The notes under the pieces were generated by a model. It had not been told where the DNA came from, did no database searches, and saw only the letters and a list, made by a program, of their open reading frames with translations. The translations under genes were made by a program, and so were the position numbers. From assembly GCA_964019425.1 (NCBI GenBank), contig OZ025787.1, positions 1,240,001 to 1,304,000 on the forward strand: a DNA stretch of 64,000 nucleotides. The letters run 5' to 3'. Below are positions 41,961-53,902 of this stretch, piece by piece. Numbering within the stretch: the stretch's first letter is position 1; each line of letters starts with the position of its first letter. This stretch comes from Flectonema sp. DT1601 (taxonomy: Eukaryota).

Positions 41961-44900
41961 ATGTCTATTGAGAAGGGAGTCCTCGTCTATTTCCAATGTC
42001 CAAAAAAAAGTTGGACTGTAGGAACAGTTGAAGACTGGGATGATAAAAAGAAACTTGGCAGTTGCAAAGCCAAAGATGACGGTAGCGTTGTTGGAAAATT
42101 AAAAGAAGACCAAATGATGGTAACAAGAGAAGAACTGCTAGACGATGATGTTAACGATTTGCTTCACTTAACACTTCTTCATGATGCTACCATATTAAAT
42201 GTTTTGAAAAAAAGATACCTTGGAGACGTGATATACACGAATATAGGAGCCATTGTAGTGGCTCTAAATCCATTTAATTTTAAAATCCCCTGGTACACTG
42301 ATGATAATATGCCCAAATACCTCGCAGAGGGTGATCGCATTGAAACAAACTTACCTCACTCTTGGGCTGTTGCTCATAACACTTATTGGGAAATGATGAA
42401 CGACGAAATGAATCAGTGCATTTTAGTTTCGGGTGAGTCGGGGGCAGGAAAAACCGAAGCCAGTAAAATTGTAATGAAATACCTCGCAGCTCTCAGTTGT
42501 AAGTCTGGAACAGATGATCAAAAAGCAGCAGCATCAGCTGTCGGTAATAAAATAAACCTCGCTTCTCCACCACTGGAATCATACGGCAATGCCAGGACCG
42601 TCAGAAATGATAACAGTTCACGTTTTGGTAAATTTATGAAAGTTAAATTTGATGCGCAAGGATTTCTCATGGGAGCTCACATTACTAAATATCTCCTTGA
42701 AAAATCTCGTATTGTCACAGCGTCTCCTGGAGAACGTGTTTATCATTCATTCTACTTAGTGTTGAGAGGAAAGGACACGTCTGCTTTTCAACTCCAGGAT
42801 CAGAAAACTTACAAATCCGTATCAGCAGGCAAGCAATGGGACAATAAAGAGTTCAACACGTCTGAAGAATATGATGAAGTCTGTACAGCCATGAGTACGA
42901 TAGGTATTGATGACTTTAATGTGAATTCTATGTGGAAAACTGTTGCTGGAATACTTCATTTACTAAATATCGAGTTTGAAGAAGACGGTGAAGGATCTAT
43001 TTTAGCACCTTCTGCTGATGATTTCGTTGATAGGTCAGTCGATCTTTGGGAAATCGACAAACAAAAACTCCAACGAGAATTCGTAAGCACCGAATTAGAT
43101 GTCGGGGGTCAACTGATTACGAAACTATTAACACCTGTAAAAGCAGTAGATGGCAGAGACGCTCTTGTGAAGGCTATGTACGATTCCGTGTTTGGATGGC
43201 TTGTAGAAAAGTGTAACGAAATCCTAGACGTTGGTGATGTTGGTTGTTGGATTGGTCTTCTCGATATTTTTGGCTTCGAGGACTTTGAAATAAATAGCTT
43301 TGAACAATTCTGTATCAATCTCGCTAATGAAACACTTCAGGGTCACTACAATCAATTTATCTTCACACGAGACATGGAAGAATGCCGCGCTGAAGGCATT
43401 GACGTTGCTGATGTCACGTTCCCTGACAACAGCCCTTGCCTTAAAATGATGGTTGGCAAAGGAGGAATATCTGCTTTGCTTGATGAAGAGTGTGCTCTCG
43501 GTAAAGGAAGTGATCAAGGATTTTTATCAAAAGTTGCTGACGCTTGTTCAGGAAATCCTTTCTTTTTAAAAAGAGCATTGGATAGATCAACTTTCACAGT
43601 TCATCACTACGCTGGAAGTGTTTCTTATGAAGTAGAAGGATTCTTAGATAAGAATAGAGACACTTTAAAAGATTCAATGAAACTTCTTCTTCGATCCTCA
43701 TCCAATCCGTTTATCGCTGACATGCTTCCAGCACCAACTGAGAGATCAGGACCAAAGCTTACTGTTGGAGGCTTCTTCAAATCTCAACTCAAGGACTTAA
43801 TGGATTTGATTAACAGTACAAACCCTCATTGGATTCGCTGTGTTAAACCTCATCCAGCTAAGAAGCCTCTTAACTTCGATGGTGTAAGTACCATGCATCA
43901 ACTTGCCTCAGCTGGTGTACTTGGAACTGTTAAAATTCGAAAGGCTGGATTCCCAGTTCGAATCCGTTTTGAAGATTTCGTTCAGAGATATTCAATAATA
44001 AAAGAAGATGGAGTTTCGGCAGATCCCCGAACTGCAGCGGCTGAAATTATTACTGCGTCGGGAATCGATGTAAAGAGAGCGCAGTGTGGAAATACCAGAG
44101 CGTTTTTGAAATCGGATGCCTATGTTGACCTCGAGCAACTCAAGCGAGAAAAGCTTCAAAAACATGCTCGTGTGGTCCAAGCTTTTATTAACGCGCTAAA
44201 ACATGTACAAGGGGTGAAAGATCAAGTTTATTTAAAAAATAAGGAACTCGTTGAAAGGCTAAGGGTAGCAATAAAAGCAATTGTGAGGGCCGACTGGGAA
44301 GAACAAAAGACCCGATCGGAAATAAAGAATGAAGAAGACGATATGTTTAATAAAATGACAAAGCAATTCCACATCTCATCTCGAGAGATTGACTTTGATC
44401 GAATAGCTGCACTCGAACGTGAGTTTGAAGACATGCAGTTACAAGAACGCTTTGAGCTTGAGGAGGAATGGCTGGAACTTTGTGAAACTCTCGATGATGA
44501 CGAAGCTCGTCTCCGCCACGGGCTTTACGGCATTATAAATGAAAAAATATCTCGTGCTCGTCAAGATGAGCAACGTCGACTCCTCAAAGTCGCTGAGGAA
44601 GCAACAAAAAAAGCTCATCTCGCGAGACTTGAAGAACGCCAACGCAAGTCCGAAACCATTCGAACCAACCAAACTCGCAATCTTGATAAAATAAAAGAAC
44701 GTGCTCAGAGAGATTCAGATCGCGCAGCTGCTGCCGAGCAACGTCGAGAAGAGGTTTGTACACTATTTCTGTTTTTTAGTCATAACACAACATGTCAAAA
44801 CCTAAACTCTCACATAGGAAAATCGCAAGCGACGCGAAAAGATCATCGCCATGGAAACTAAAATGATGGTCAGAGAAGAGCAATTCCACGCCTCTTTAGG

Positions 44901-45585
44901 TTCCAAGGGTCGTCTAGGTGGTGGGAAGGTACTCAACCCAACGGAAAAGGAAGAACGAGACCGCAAAGAGTGGCAACGTATGGAAGTTCACAGACGTAAG
45001 ATGAAGATGAGTACCTACACAAGACAGACATGGGAAGAAATGAAACACGCTGATCACGACTATGAAAAAGTCTCAGCGCAGGTAGATAAAGTAGAGCGTC
45101 AACGTGAACGTGAGATGGTTGTCAACCAACGAGAGAAGGAGCGCCGCGCATTAGAAGAAAAGAAAAAACGAGCTCAGGAAGAGCAACTGAGAACGACACG
45201 AGAGGTCGAACGCATTCGAAACAAACAAGTCGATATCGGTGCTAAGATGGTGAAAGAGAGAAACGAAATGCGAAAACGCGCCGAACAAAAAGAATGGCAA
45301 CTTCTCCAGCAATACTTCCGAAACGAAAAGCAGCATAAAAAACTAGAAAAGGATCGTACTGCCGAGGTATGTAAACAATTATAAATATGATTCCTTACTG
45401 AATAATACTTATTTAATATCACAAAACAGAACTTCGATCGGAGGCGCGTTGAGCACATGTCCCTAGAACGACCTGAACAGATGGACAAACACAGCACTAA
45501 ATTTGTACCTCTCTCAAAAAGAGTTGGTAGTCCTGCAGGGTTTACAATGGCAAACGGTCAAGAGAGTGTGTCTCCCAGAAGATGA
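41961..45585 (+). CDS. Myosin heavy chain (N-terminal SH3-like, motor, IQ-like, coiled-coil tail); exons 41961-44753, 44818-45366, 45430-45585
   Basis: GESGAGKT, NDNSSRFGK, LDIFGFE, FEQFCINLANE, PHWIRCVKP; two phase-0 introns join the tail ORFs. Confidence 0.92.
44754..44817 (+). other. Spliceosomal cis intron (64 nt)
   Basis: GTTTGT...CTAAACTCTCACATAG; removal joins the coiled-coil frames. Confidence 0.85.
45367..45429 (+). other. Spliceosomal cis intron (63 nt)
   Basis: GTATGT...ATCACAAAACAG; contains an in-frame stop. Confidence 0.8.
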
Positions 45586-45990
45586 AGTTTATTGGTATTT
45601 AGTTCTTGATATAAAATTAGATTTATTATTTTTTAGAGAAAAAAAAAAAAAAAAAAAAAAAAAAATTCATAGAAGGATACCTCATAAGGATGGAAGTTAT
45701 TAAAAAAGTTACCTTTTTTTTTTCTTTTTCTCCCTTCGATTCTGGAACGCATGTACTGCATTGCAGGAACACATGTTCTAAAGCATTCATTAATAAAGAA
45801 ATAAGTTGATGGTTTTGTCCTTAATCGGCGGCGACTGTTCCCTTCAGACTTTGTTTTTCCTTTTTTGAAATTTTTTTCTGTTTGTTGTAACTGTTTGATA
45901 TTTTGCTTTGAAGAGATAGAAAAAAAACCAGATGTTTATTAAACCTTTTACTTCCTTCATAGCAGCCAGTCCACGGGCGGACACACGGCA

Positions 45991-48900
45991 ATGCAAAATA
46001 TAATAAAGATGTTGGTCGTTGTATCCTTAGTTGAGATTTCACTGCAATGCGCACCTGGTGGATCCACTGCTGATGTAGTGATTGCAAGTACAGCATCGTT
46101 AAGTATGTTTGCAGCAGATGTCTCACGACTGGCTACTACTACAACAGAGTTGAGATCGGTTGGTCCCTTTACAATTTTCGCACCTTCTGATTCAGCCTAC
46201 CTGAATATTCCCATCGCATTACGAAGTGAAATGGACGCTTTAACAGCAACCCGTGAAACTGTTATCCAGAGCCATATTATAAAAGGTGCTTTGTTAGACT
46301 CTGCGTCTTTAACAGGTATTGGTATTCAGCAAAGCATGCAAGGTCTCCCTTTAGCCTTAACTCCAACCACTGTGAATGCTGCTACTATACTACAAAGTGA
46401 CATTTGTGGTTCAAATAGCGTCATTCATAGTATCAATAGGGTACTAATACCCCCAGCGTTAGGATTCCCAGCTAATAACGCCAATCTATTGGCAGTGTTA
46501 GCCGGAACTAGACAGCATGCGTTATTTGTTGGGATGATTACTACACTTATGATTTCGTCGTTGTTTACGGAGACTACGCGTGTTAAGACAATTCTTGCTC
46601 CTGTCGACTCCGCATTTCAACCGATTTTAAACCAAAACATGGCATCAGAAGCGTTAATATTATTCATTAAAAAATTATTAATCCCGAATGAGTACATGTT
46701 GACGAGTGTATTACCGTCAACAGGCTCTGTGACGACTGAAAGTGGTGAGATTCTAAGTTATGTATCGGGTGTTTTTGGAAGTGCTACTGCAGTTCAAAAT
46801 AATATCAAATCATCTAACGGAATTATACATTCAGTGTCGAGTATACCGGTAGTATTGGCTGTTACTCAAAGGCCAACCCCTCAACCGATAGTGGCATCGT
46901 TGGTTCCGGTTTCGGATTTATCGAAATCAGTCATCCAACTCCTGTCATCTCAATCTGTGTGGGCAACATTTTATTCCGTTGTGACTAGTCCTGTGTTAAG
47001 TGGAGTCACTGGTTCGTTATTTGGAGGAGTAGGTCCAATGACAGTCTTCGCCCCAACTGAACAAGCATGGAACAAAATACCACAAGGAGTTAAAGAATAC
47101 CTCAACGATAATTTCGCTGCAATGCAAGAACTCCTCGACTATCATCTTGTCATCGGAACATCATATCGTTACTCAGGTCTTCTTGCGGCTTCACCTTTAA
47201 TAACATATGGAGGGACAACTTTAGTAGCAACTGCAACAACTACGAGTACAGTTCTGGGACAGGATAAGAATACTTTTGTTACTTATTCTGATATCGAATC
47301 ATACAATGGAATTATTCACGGAATTGAAAAGGTTTTACAACCACCTGGAATGTACTTCCCAACAAAGACCATCGCTGACATCGCAAACGAAAGCAACGAT
47401 CTTAGCATTTCAGCTGAATTGTTATCGTTGGTGTCCTCCTCGCTTAATCTTTATGCCGATGGTTCCATGACAGCATTCCTGCCTGTAAATGAAGCTTGGA
47501 ACAAATTAATTACTGGACAGTTAGCTGTTCTTCGAAACGATCCGGTTACGTTGTTAAAACTTCTCCAACATCACTTAATAGGAGTTTACAGAACGACTGC
47601 TGATATGTTAAAGCAATCGGAAATTATATCGACGTTTAAAATTCCTGATAATGTTGGTTGGAAGACGGATTTGGGTGGTAATCTAATTGTGAAAATCCCA
47701 AGCGACGCGGATTCTAAGGGAGGAAAATTTTGGAATAACGTTTTTGATCTGCGAGCTACAAACGGAATAGTTCACGGTATCGATACTGTTTTGTTACCAC
47801 CTGACACTACTCTTCCGAGTCCAAAGATTTGGGGAATTATTTCAGGAACTTCTTCCATATCGATGTTTGCTGATTTTTGTCGCCGTCTCAGCTACGACAC
47901 TACTATTTTCAATCGTTTAGGAAGAGTAAATACAGTGTTCGCACCAAGTAATAATGCATTCAACCAACTACCAAGTGGAATACTAAACCTTATCCAAAGT
48001 AATAACACTGCATTAGGGAAGATTATGTCGTTGTTTATTATTGAGGATTCTATGGTGTTGGAGGATATGCTTTTAAGTTTATCGCCTTTTATGTGTTTAG
48101 AAGGGTCTAGAATTATAGTACAGCGAGCTGTTAGTTCAATTGGGAACTTGTTGGTAGGTTTGGATAGTGCTTTGAGTGATTCTGAGAGAATGAGAATAGG
48201 TGAATCGGATTTAAAAGGAACTGATGGTGTCATTCATATCACAGATAAAGTGATTCTTCCAACTGCTGAACGCGCCCCTCAAATTCCAAGAGCCGATACT
48301 GCGACTTTATTAAACCGTTTACGTCCTCTTCAGGATTTTGTAGTTCAATTATCAAACAGAGGATTGTTACCTCTTCTTCAACGTTCTGGACCTGTCACGG
48401 TGTTTGCTCCAAACACTGATGCGATTGCAAAGGCACAACAGGGTTGGAATACATTTCTTGAGAATGACTCAAAAATGGAAAGAGTTCTCCGCCATCACAT
48501 TGCAAATAATTATCTCTCAGACAATGACATTAGAAGAAGCTCTCCAGGAGCTGTTGCCACATCTGACGATGGATCGTCAGTCACAGAAAGAGACTACCAA
48601 AGTTTAGCAGCCACTGCTGTTACATACAGCGTTCAAGATGGTTCGCAGAAAATTCTGCTTAATGGAAATCAAGCAACTATTATTGATACCATCCCCACAT
48701 TAAATGGTGTTATTCATGTTATTGATGGTCTCTTAGTCCCTCCTAGTTTAGTAAATGATTTATCAACAACAGACAGGGCGATCGCAACAGTTATGGAAGC
48801 TTATGAAGGTCTCTCGATATTTACAAGAATTATAAAAGCATCTGCTTTAGACGTGACGTTGCTTGGTCCTGGTCCGTTTACGATATTCGCACCTACTGAT

Positions 48901-50016
48901 AACGCTTTTAAGGATATTCCATCTGGGCAATTACACCTCATAGAGACGAGAGCTGATGTTGGAGCATCTCTTGTTGAATATCACACAGCTCGTCAAGGTA
49001 TTCAATTAATGTCTGCAGACTTGATAAGCAGCTCTCCAATCAATGTTAGGGAAGGAGGTCAACTACAAATATCATCATCCCAAGTAGGAGACTTAGTAAT
49101 AAATGGGCAGGCTAGAATATCAGCAAAAGACATAATGGCAAGTAACGGGGTTATTCATGAAATCGATTCGGTTCTTTTTAACCAGATGTCATCGTGGGTT
49201 GAACAGCTACCGGCGTCGTCTGCTGAAGTAGTTTTATCTTCGATGTCGAGCCTATCAATATTTAATGAAATTATTAACATGTGTGGAGAACCTTGTACGA
49301 CGGTACTCCAAAACAACCAAAATACTGGTCTCACTGTATTTGCACCAACTGATGCAGCAATACGCTCGAGTATGGATTCTGCAGCTGTCACACAATTGAG
49401 AACTACTCAACGTCTAAGTCAAAGAATGTTCTTTACTCATGTAGCTGATGAGATCATATCGAGTACTCTTAGTGTTGTAAATACTGGAAGTAAACAAGAA
49501 CAGGTTAGGACAAAAGATGGTATGATTGTTACGACTGGTTTAGTGTCTGGTTTGTATTCAATCATCTCACCACAAGTATCAGTTGTTAATTCTGATAACT
49601 TCGCTACTAATGGTGTTGTTCATTCAATAGCGTCTACGCTAACTCTTCCATCGAATACAACTGCTCCTGTTGCTTTGGATATGACGCCGTTGGGTTCTAC
49701 TTCAGATGATGACTTCCCGTTAGTTATTATTGTTGTTGTCTGTGTTGGTATTTTTTGTTTGCTTGTCGCCATAGCAATATTTTGTGTTTGCAGACGTTTG
49801 CGCGGCAACCAAAGACAGGATGGCCTGACAGCCGAACAAGATGCCCAGCAAAAAGAAAAAGAATTCGAAATTCAAAACACTCCCGGAGTAGTATTCGGTG
49901 AAGTAAACCAAAACCCACTCAACACTATTGGATTCGCTACGTCATCTGCTGATATTGAAAGCGTCGTTTGTAAATCGGAAGATTCGGTACTACGACCACC
50001 TTCAATGCAAAAATAA
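45991..50016 (+). CDS. Type-I membrane fasciclin protein with eight FAS1 domains
   Basis: Eight H1 (TxFAPxxxA) / H2 (NGxxHxIxxVL) motif pairs; signal peptide; TM LVIIVVVCVGIFCLLVAIAIFCVC. Confidence 0.92.
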   Translation: MQNIIKMLVVVSLVEISLQCAPGGSTADVVIASTASLSMFAADVSRLATTTTELRSVGPFTIFAPSDSAYLNIPIALRSEMDALTATRETVIQSHIIKGALLDSASLTGIGIQQSMQGLPLALTPTTVNAATILQSDICGSNSVIHSINRVLIPPALGFPANNANLLAVLAGTRQHALFVGMITTLMISSLFTETTRVKTILAPVDSAFQPILNQNMASEALILFIKKLLIPNEYMLTSVLPSTGSVTTESGEILSYVSGVFGSATAVQNNIKSSNGIIHSVSSIPVVLAVTQRPTPQPIVASLVPVSDLSKSVIQLLSSQSVWATFYSVVTSPVLSGVTGSLFGGVGPMTVFAPTEQAWNKIPQGVKEYLNDNFAAMQELLDYHLVIGTSYRYSGLLAASPLITYGGTTLVATATTTSTVLGQDKNTFVTYSDIESYNGIIHGIEKVLQPPGMYFPTKTIADIANESNDLSISAELLSLVSSSLNLYADGSMTAFLPVNEAWNKLITGQLAVLRNDPVTLLKLLQHHLIGVYRTTADMLKQSEIISTFKIPDNVGWKTDLGGNLIVKIPSDADSKGGKFWNNVFDLRATNGIVHGIDTVLLPPDTTLPSPKIWGIISGTSSISMFADFCRRLSYDTTIFNRLGRVNTVFAPSNNAFNQLPSGILNLIQSNNTALGKIMSLFIIEDSMVLEDMLLSLSPFMCLEGSRIIVQRAVSSIGNLLVGLDSALSDSERMRIGESDLKGTDGVIHITDKVILPTAERAPQIPRADTATLLNRLRPLQDFVVQLSNRGLLPLLQRSGPVTVFAPNTDAIAKAQQGWNTFLENDSKMERVLRHHIANNYLSDNDIRRSSPGAVATSDDGSSVTERDYQSLAATAVTYSVQDGSQKILLNGNQATIIDTIPTLNGVIHVIDGLLVPPSLVNDLSTTDRAIATVMEAYEGLSIFTRIIKASALDVTLLGPGPFTIFAPTDNAFKDIPSGQLHLIETRADVGASLVEYHTARQGIQLMSADLISSSPINVREGGQLQISSSQVGDLVINGQARISAKDIMASNGVIHEIDSVLFNQMSSWVEQLPASSAEVVLSSMSSLSIFNEIINMCGEPCTTVLQNNQNTGLTVFAPTDAAIRSSMDSAAVTQLRTTQRLSQRMFFTHVADEIISSTLSVVNTGSKQEQVRTKDGMIVTTGLVSGLYSIISPQVSVVNSDNFATNGVVHSIASTLTLPSNTTAPVALDMTPLGSTSDDDFPLVIIVVVCVGIFCLLVAIAIFCVCRRLRGNQRQDGLTAEQDAQQKEKEFEIQNTPGVVFGEVNQNPLNTIGFATSSADIESVVCKSEDSVLRPPSMQK

Positions 50017-50952
50017 AGCTGACCACAGATTACTGTTTATCGTCCCATAATATCAATTGTGTCTTTAATGATTCAAGCATTAATAGTGTTCAACAGCTTT
50101 TAGTCTACTCTTTTTTATATTCTTAATATCAGAAATCTCTGTTGTTTACTGCACTGTCAGTTTTGAATCGAGTTGAGGTCTGCCTTCAGTCCCTCTGTTA
50201 TTGACTTTTGTCTTTTATTTTTTTAATTATCTTCCTTGTTGAAAATATCCCTACTCTTTTTGTTAAAGGCTAAGAAAGGCAAGAACTGTTGAGTTTGACT
50301 CTTTTTGCTCTTGTGCTGTGACATTAGGTAGTTGTGCCAATTTGAATAATCTGATTATTTTTATTGTCCCTATTCTTATTTTCTCCTCTTCCCGAGTGAT
50401 GAGTGTCTTGTGTGATGGTGAATGTGACTCTGCTTCTATTTTCAGTTTCATTTTTTTACCCCCCTCTTCTTTTCTTGTATTATTGTTTACCCAGCACGTT
50501 CCTTTTTTTTTTTTCTTTCTTCTCTATATTTATCCTTATATTACTGTGTTCATTACGCCCCGTCAGTCGAGAGGCAATACCATCACAATCCCCTGATATG
50601 ATTGGGTTGTTGCCTCGTAGCTCTGTTGGAGGTAACTGTATTAGCGATTCACAGTACGCAATGTATTGGACTTCCTTATCTATCTTCTATTCTGTCTTTT
50701 CTTAACTCTTTTCGTGCTTAAACAAAACTTAATCAGCTTTCCATCATGCTGTTAATAAGTTCTACTTCACCGCCCTCCCCCTCAGTTGTAAATCTTAATT
50801 CCTTTTGTATATGTTACACCTTAGTGATCTCCTGGTGATCTCCTCCTTCACTTTTTATTTCCAGGTTATCGTATCGTTTGTTACTTACGACGTTAGACCT
50901 GTTTATAATCAATTCGACTAAACTTCTCCTTTTAGTTCTTCTACCCTTATCT

Positions 50953-51307
50953 CAAGATTTCTAGCATAAGCCGTTGCACTTTTTTTTATCAAAAAAAAAA
51001 AAAAAACTCTATATTCAGCTCAGACGGATCTTCTCTGTTGCTGTATGTCGAGACAACGACCGAATTCGGATAAGAACATTCATGTTGCCTAATTCGCAAA
51101 AGGTAGCTCTCTTTGTTTCAAAATGGGACCTTTTCGGAGTTCTCTTCTAGTAGTCTTCTTCGTTGTCTTCTTCACCTTATTTTCAAAGATTTTGGCATAA
51201 GCCGTTGTATTTAAAACATGTTTACTTTTTGAAAAAAAAAAAAAACTCCATTCAGCTCCACGGGTATTCCCTGTTGCTGTCGGATTCAGATAAGCGAACA
51301 TTTATTG
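50953..51307. repeat. Degenerate direct duplication of a ~125-135-bp unit (50953-51087 and 51184-51307)
   Basis: Both read CAA(A)GATTT..GCATAAGCCGTTG..T-run..A-run..ACTC..ATTCAGCTC..ACGG..CTGTTGCTGT..ATTC.GATAAG..AACATT. Confidence 0.7.
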
Positions 51308-51846
51308 AAAAGATAAAAGAGACGTAATTCTATTCTAATTTACCTTCTTTAAAAAAAAAAAAAACATAAAATCAGTGTTTAAATCTCATTTTTGTATCTT
51401 TTTTTTTAAAAATCAGTTTTGTATCCGTAATTTTAACTCAGATTTTCCTCCATTTCACATCAACATAACAGATTGATGGTATGGGTGGATAGGGGACTTT
51501 GTCAAATCTGTTTTTCTAACTAGTCACGCCGAGTCGACATTAGTTTCTGAGCTCTAGGCTGTGCTAATTTCGATAATCGTTTTCATGTTGGCTGACAGAA
51601 GTTATGTAAGTTCCCGTTTTCTGATTGTCGATGTTGATTCGGCGAGCTCCTCCTCCTTTTTTATTTTTTTTCTTCTCCCGTTTGTTTTTTTTAAGTGTTT
51701 TTTTTTTATTTTTTTATAAGTTTTTTATGTTTCTAATTCTTACTTATGACTGGAAAAAAAAAAAAAAAAAAAAAACGGCGTGTTCTGGTAACTTGCGCAA
51801 TGTTTTAATCTCAATTAAAGAAACCGTTTTTTTTCTCTTTTCTTTT

Positions 51847-51940
51847 GCATTTTACAAGTATTGTAAGAACAAAAAGGAATGTTGGCAACGTCCTTCAGCT
51901 TTATCAGTTTAAGTCGGTTCACGGTTTCGTGCAAACAAAA
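51847..51940 (-). mobile_element. Dispersed repeat family A, copy 3 (truncated)
   Basis: GCATTTTACAAGTATTGTAAGAAC...AGCTTTATCAGTTTAAGTCGGTTCACGGTTTCGTGCA. Confidence 0.7.
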
Positions 51941-52550
51941 CGACACGTAAGAGTTTTTTTCTTCATTCTTTTTTTTTTTTTTATTATTTTCAGCTTACTG
52001 AAAATAAATCCGAATCTTACGATATTCAACAGTCTTTGATGACAAGGTTATCATTACGCCTAAGCGTGGAAGTGTTGTTGTCTTTTTTTTTTTTTTTTTT
52101 TTTTTTTTTGAATTTAAAAAAGAAACAGCATACACATATCAGTGAAATTTTCTATTTTTTGCGAAATCATAGAAGCAGTCATTCGGAAGTGTCTATATCA
52201 ACGTGTGTTAATTGTGCCTTTCTCTGCTTGTATAACGTTTTTAAGAACAATGGGTTTGCGCAACCGGGACAAAATCCTAAAAAAAATCCGGAAAAAAAAA
52301 CGTTTGCGACAACGCTGTTTTTTTTTCTTTTTTTTTTCCTTCAGGTTTTCACAATAAATTTAAAAAAAAAAAAAAAAAAAAAAACGTGTTGTTCCTTTTT
52401 TTTACCTCAGAAGAAAATATCATTTTACTCTTTCGGTCTGTTAACTTATCTCAATATATGATAATTAAGTTTCGGTCCCTCTCTTTTTTTTTCTAATATT
52501 AATTGTAGTGTGCTCCGTGCTTAAACTAATCAAATAATCTACTACCACAG

Positions 52551-52836
52551 TTGGGATTCCCAAAGAGCTGCTCGGTTCTCTTTGAGTGTCCCCTTTTATA
52601 GTACAACTAGCTAGTTACAGTTCTGTAACTGCAAAAGATGGAGCAATCTTGTTGTGGACTGTCTTAGTTTGCTGTTATCTCGAAGTAGTACTAACTAACT
52701 CGGGGCAAACGAGATGAGTAGGACTGGCCTGACACCGCAGTGTCCCCCTTACTTTCTTCGCTGAAGAGGGAGGGGAAATGGTCCGAAGAAAGATTTTTTA
52801 ATTTTAGTCCGAAGCCAACCATTATTTGTTTTGTTG
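52551..52836 (+). repeat. Dispersed repeat family C, copy 2, hairpin-rich, containing a hammerhead-like motif
   Basis: 3' part matches 15886-15945; hairpins CAAAGAG/CTCTTTG and AGTTACAG/CTGTAACT. Confidence 0.6.
52752..52792 (+). ncRNA. Degenerate minimal type-I hammerhead ribozyme motif
   Basis: CTTTCTTCG-CTGAAGA-GGGAGGG-GAAA-TG-GTC-CGAAGAAAG: a perfect 9-bp stem I abuts the CUGANGA core and the GUC triplet; stem II cannot pair. Confidence 0.5.
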
Positions 52837-53239
52837 TCCTACGAAATTTTGCATTTGAATTTTCTTTTTTGATTGAACTGATAATATTATTTATACTAAC
52901 CTATAATAACTCTTTTCTATTATTATGGTATTTTAACTTGGGTTTATCGCGATGATGTGTTTTTGGTTTTGGATCGAATTTCTTTTTTGTATTTTTATCG
53001 TTTTCTGTGTTGATTTTCGATTCGAACAACAACAACGAAGAAGAAGGAAAAAATGAGTTTTAACTGCTATTTCTAAATTCTTTCTTTTTTTTTTTTACTC
53101 CAATCTCTATCGTCAAAACGGTGAGTTTCATCACATGTACATATCGACAGAAAAATCAAAACCCGCTGTACTTTCGCAAATACATAATTTATTACTTTTA
53201 TTGTATTGTTTTTTATAGTACATCCCACTTAGTAGTAAC

Positions 53240-53698
53240 ATGGAATCAAATTTATTCATATTAATGTTTACGTTATTTGTAACTGGCATTGATGCTGAGC
53301 GATGTAGAAATACAAAACAAGGTATATCTTTGATAACTGATGATCAAGGGAGGGTTTGTGAAAGATTTGAATTAACTAACGGATGTTGCCCTTCCACGAG
53401 TAATCAATATTTATGTGAAGGCTGTTCTGATGGTGGAAAGTGTTGTGATGTTTATGAGCATTGCGTTTCTTGTTGTTTGCAACCGAAGTTCGAATCATTA
53501 AGAGAAATTGGTATGAAAGAACGTAAACATAATCCTTTGTACAAATTTTTATTAAAATCGGATTCTGTAGATGGATTTAGATATTGCAGAGCACGTTGTA
53601 GGACATCAATGCATTCTGTTTATCATCAAAATAAATACTCTCGAAGTAATCATCACTTCTGCTATTCAAGTGACATAGACGATAGAGATACACCCTGA
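53240..53698 (+). CDS. SPRING1: SPRING1 / C12orf49 (UPF0454) family protein
   Basis: CRNTKQG...TDDQGRVC...NGCC...CxxC...CCDVYEHCVSCCLQP...CRARCRTSMHSVYHQNKY signature; N-terminal hydrophobic segment. Confidence 0.88.
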   Translation: MESNLFILMFTLFVTGIDAERCRNTKQGISLITDDQGRVCERFELTNGCCPSTSNQYLCEGCSDGGKCCDVYEHCVSCCLQPKFESLREIGMKERKHNPLYKFLLKSDSVDGFRYCRARCRTSMHSVYHQNKYSRSNHHFCYSSDIDDRDTP

Positions 53699-53902
53699 GT
53701 GTGAGTAGAATACTCGCATCGATTTAGGACTTAGTGAACGTTGTTGTTGTTTTGTAATTTCATTTTTTCCCCCAGGGAACTAAACATCGATTGGGTTATT
53801 TATTTATTTATTTTTTTTTTTTGGTAATTTTTACTTCAGTTCAAAAATATTTGTTTTTTTTTCAGGGGGAGGAACACATCGACCACCCCCCTCACAGCAA
53901 CT

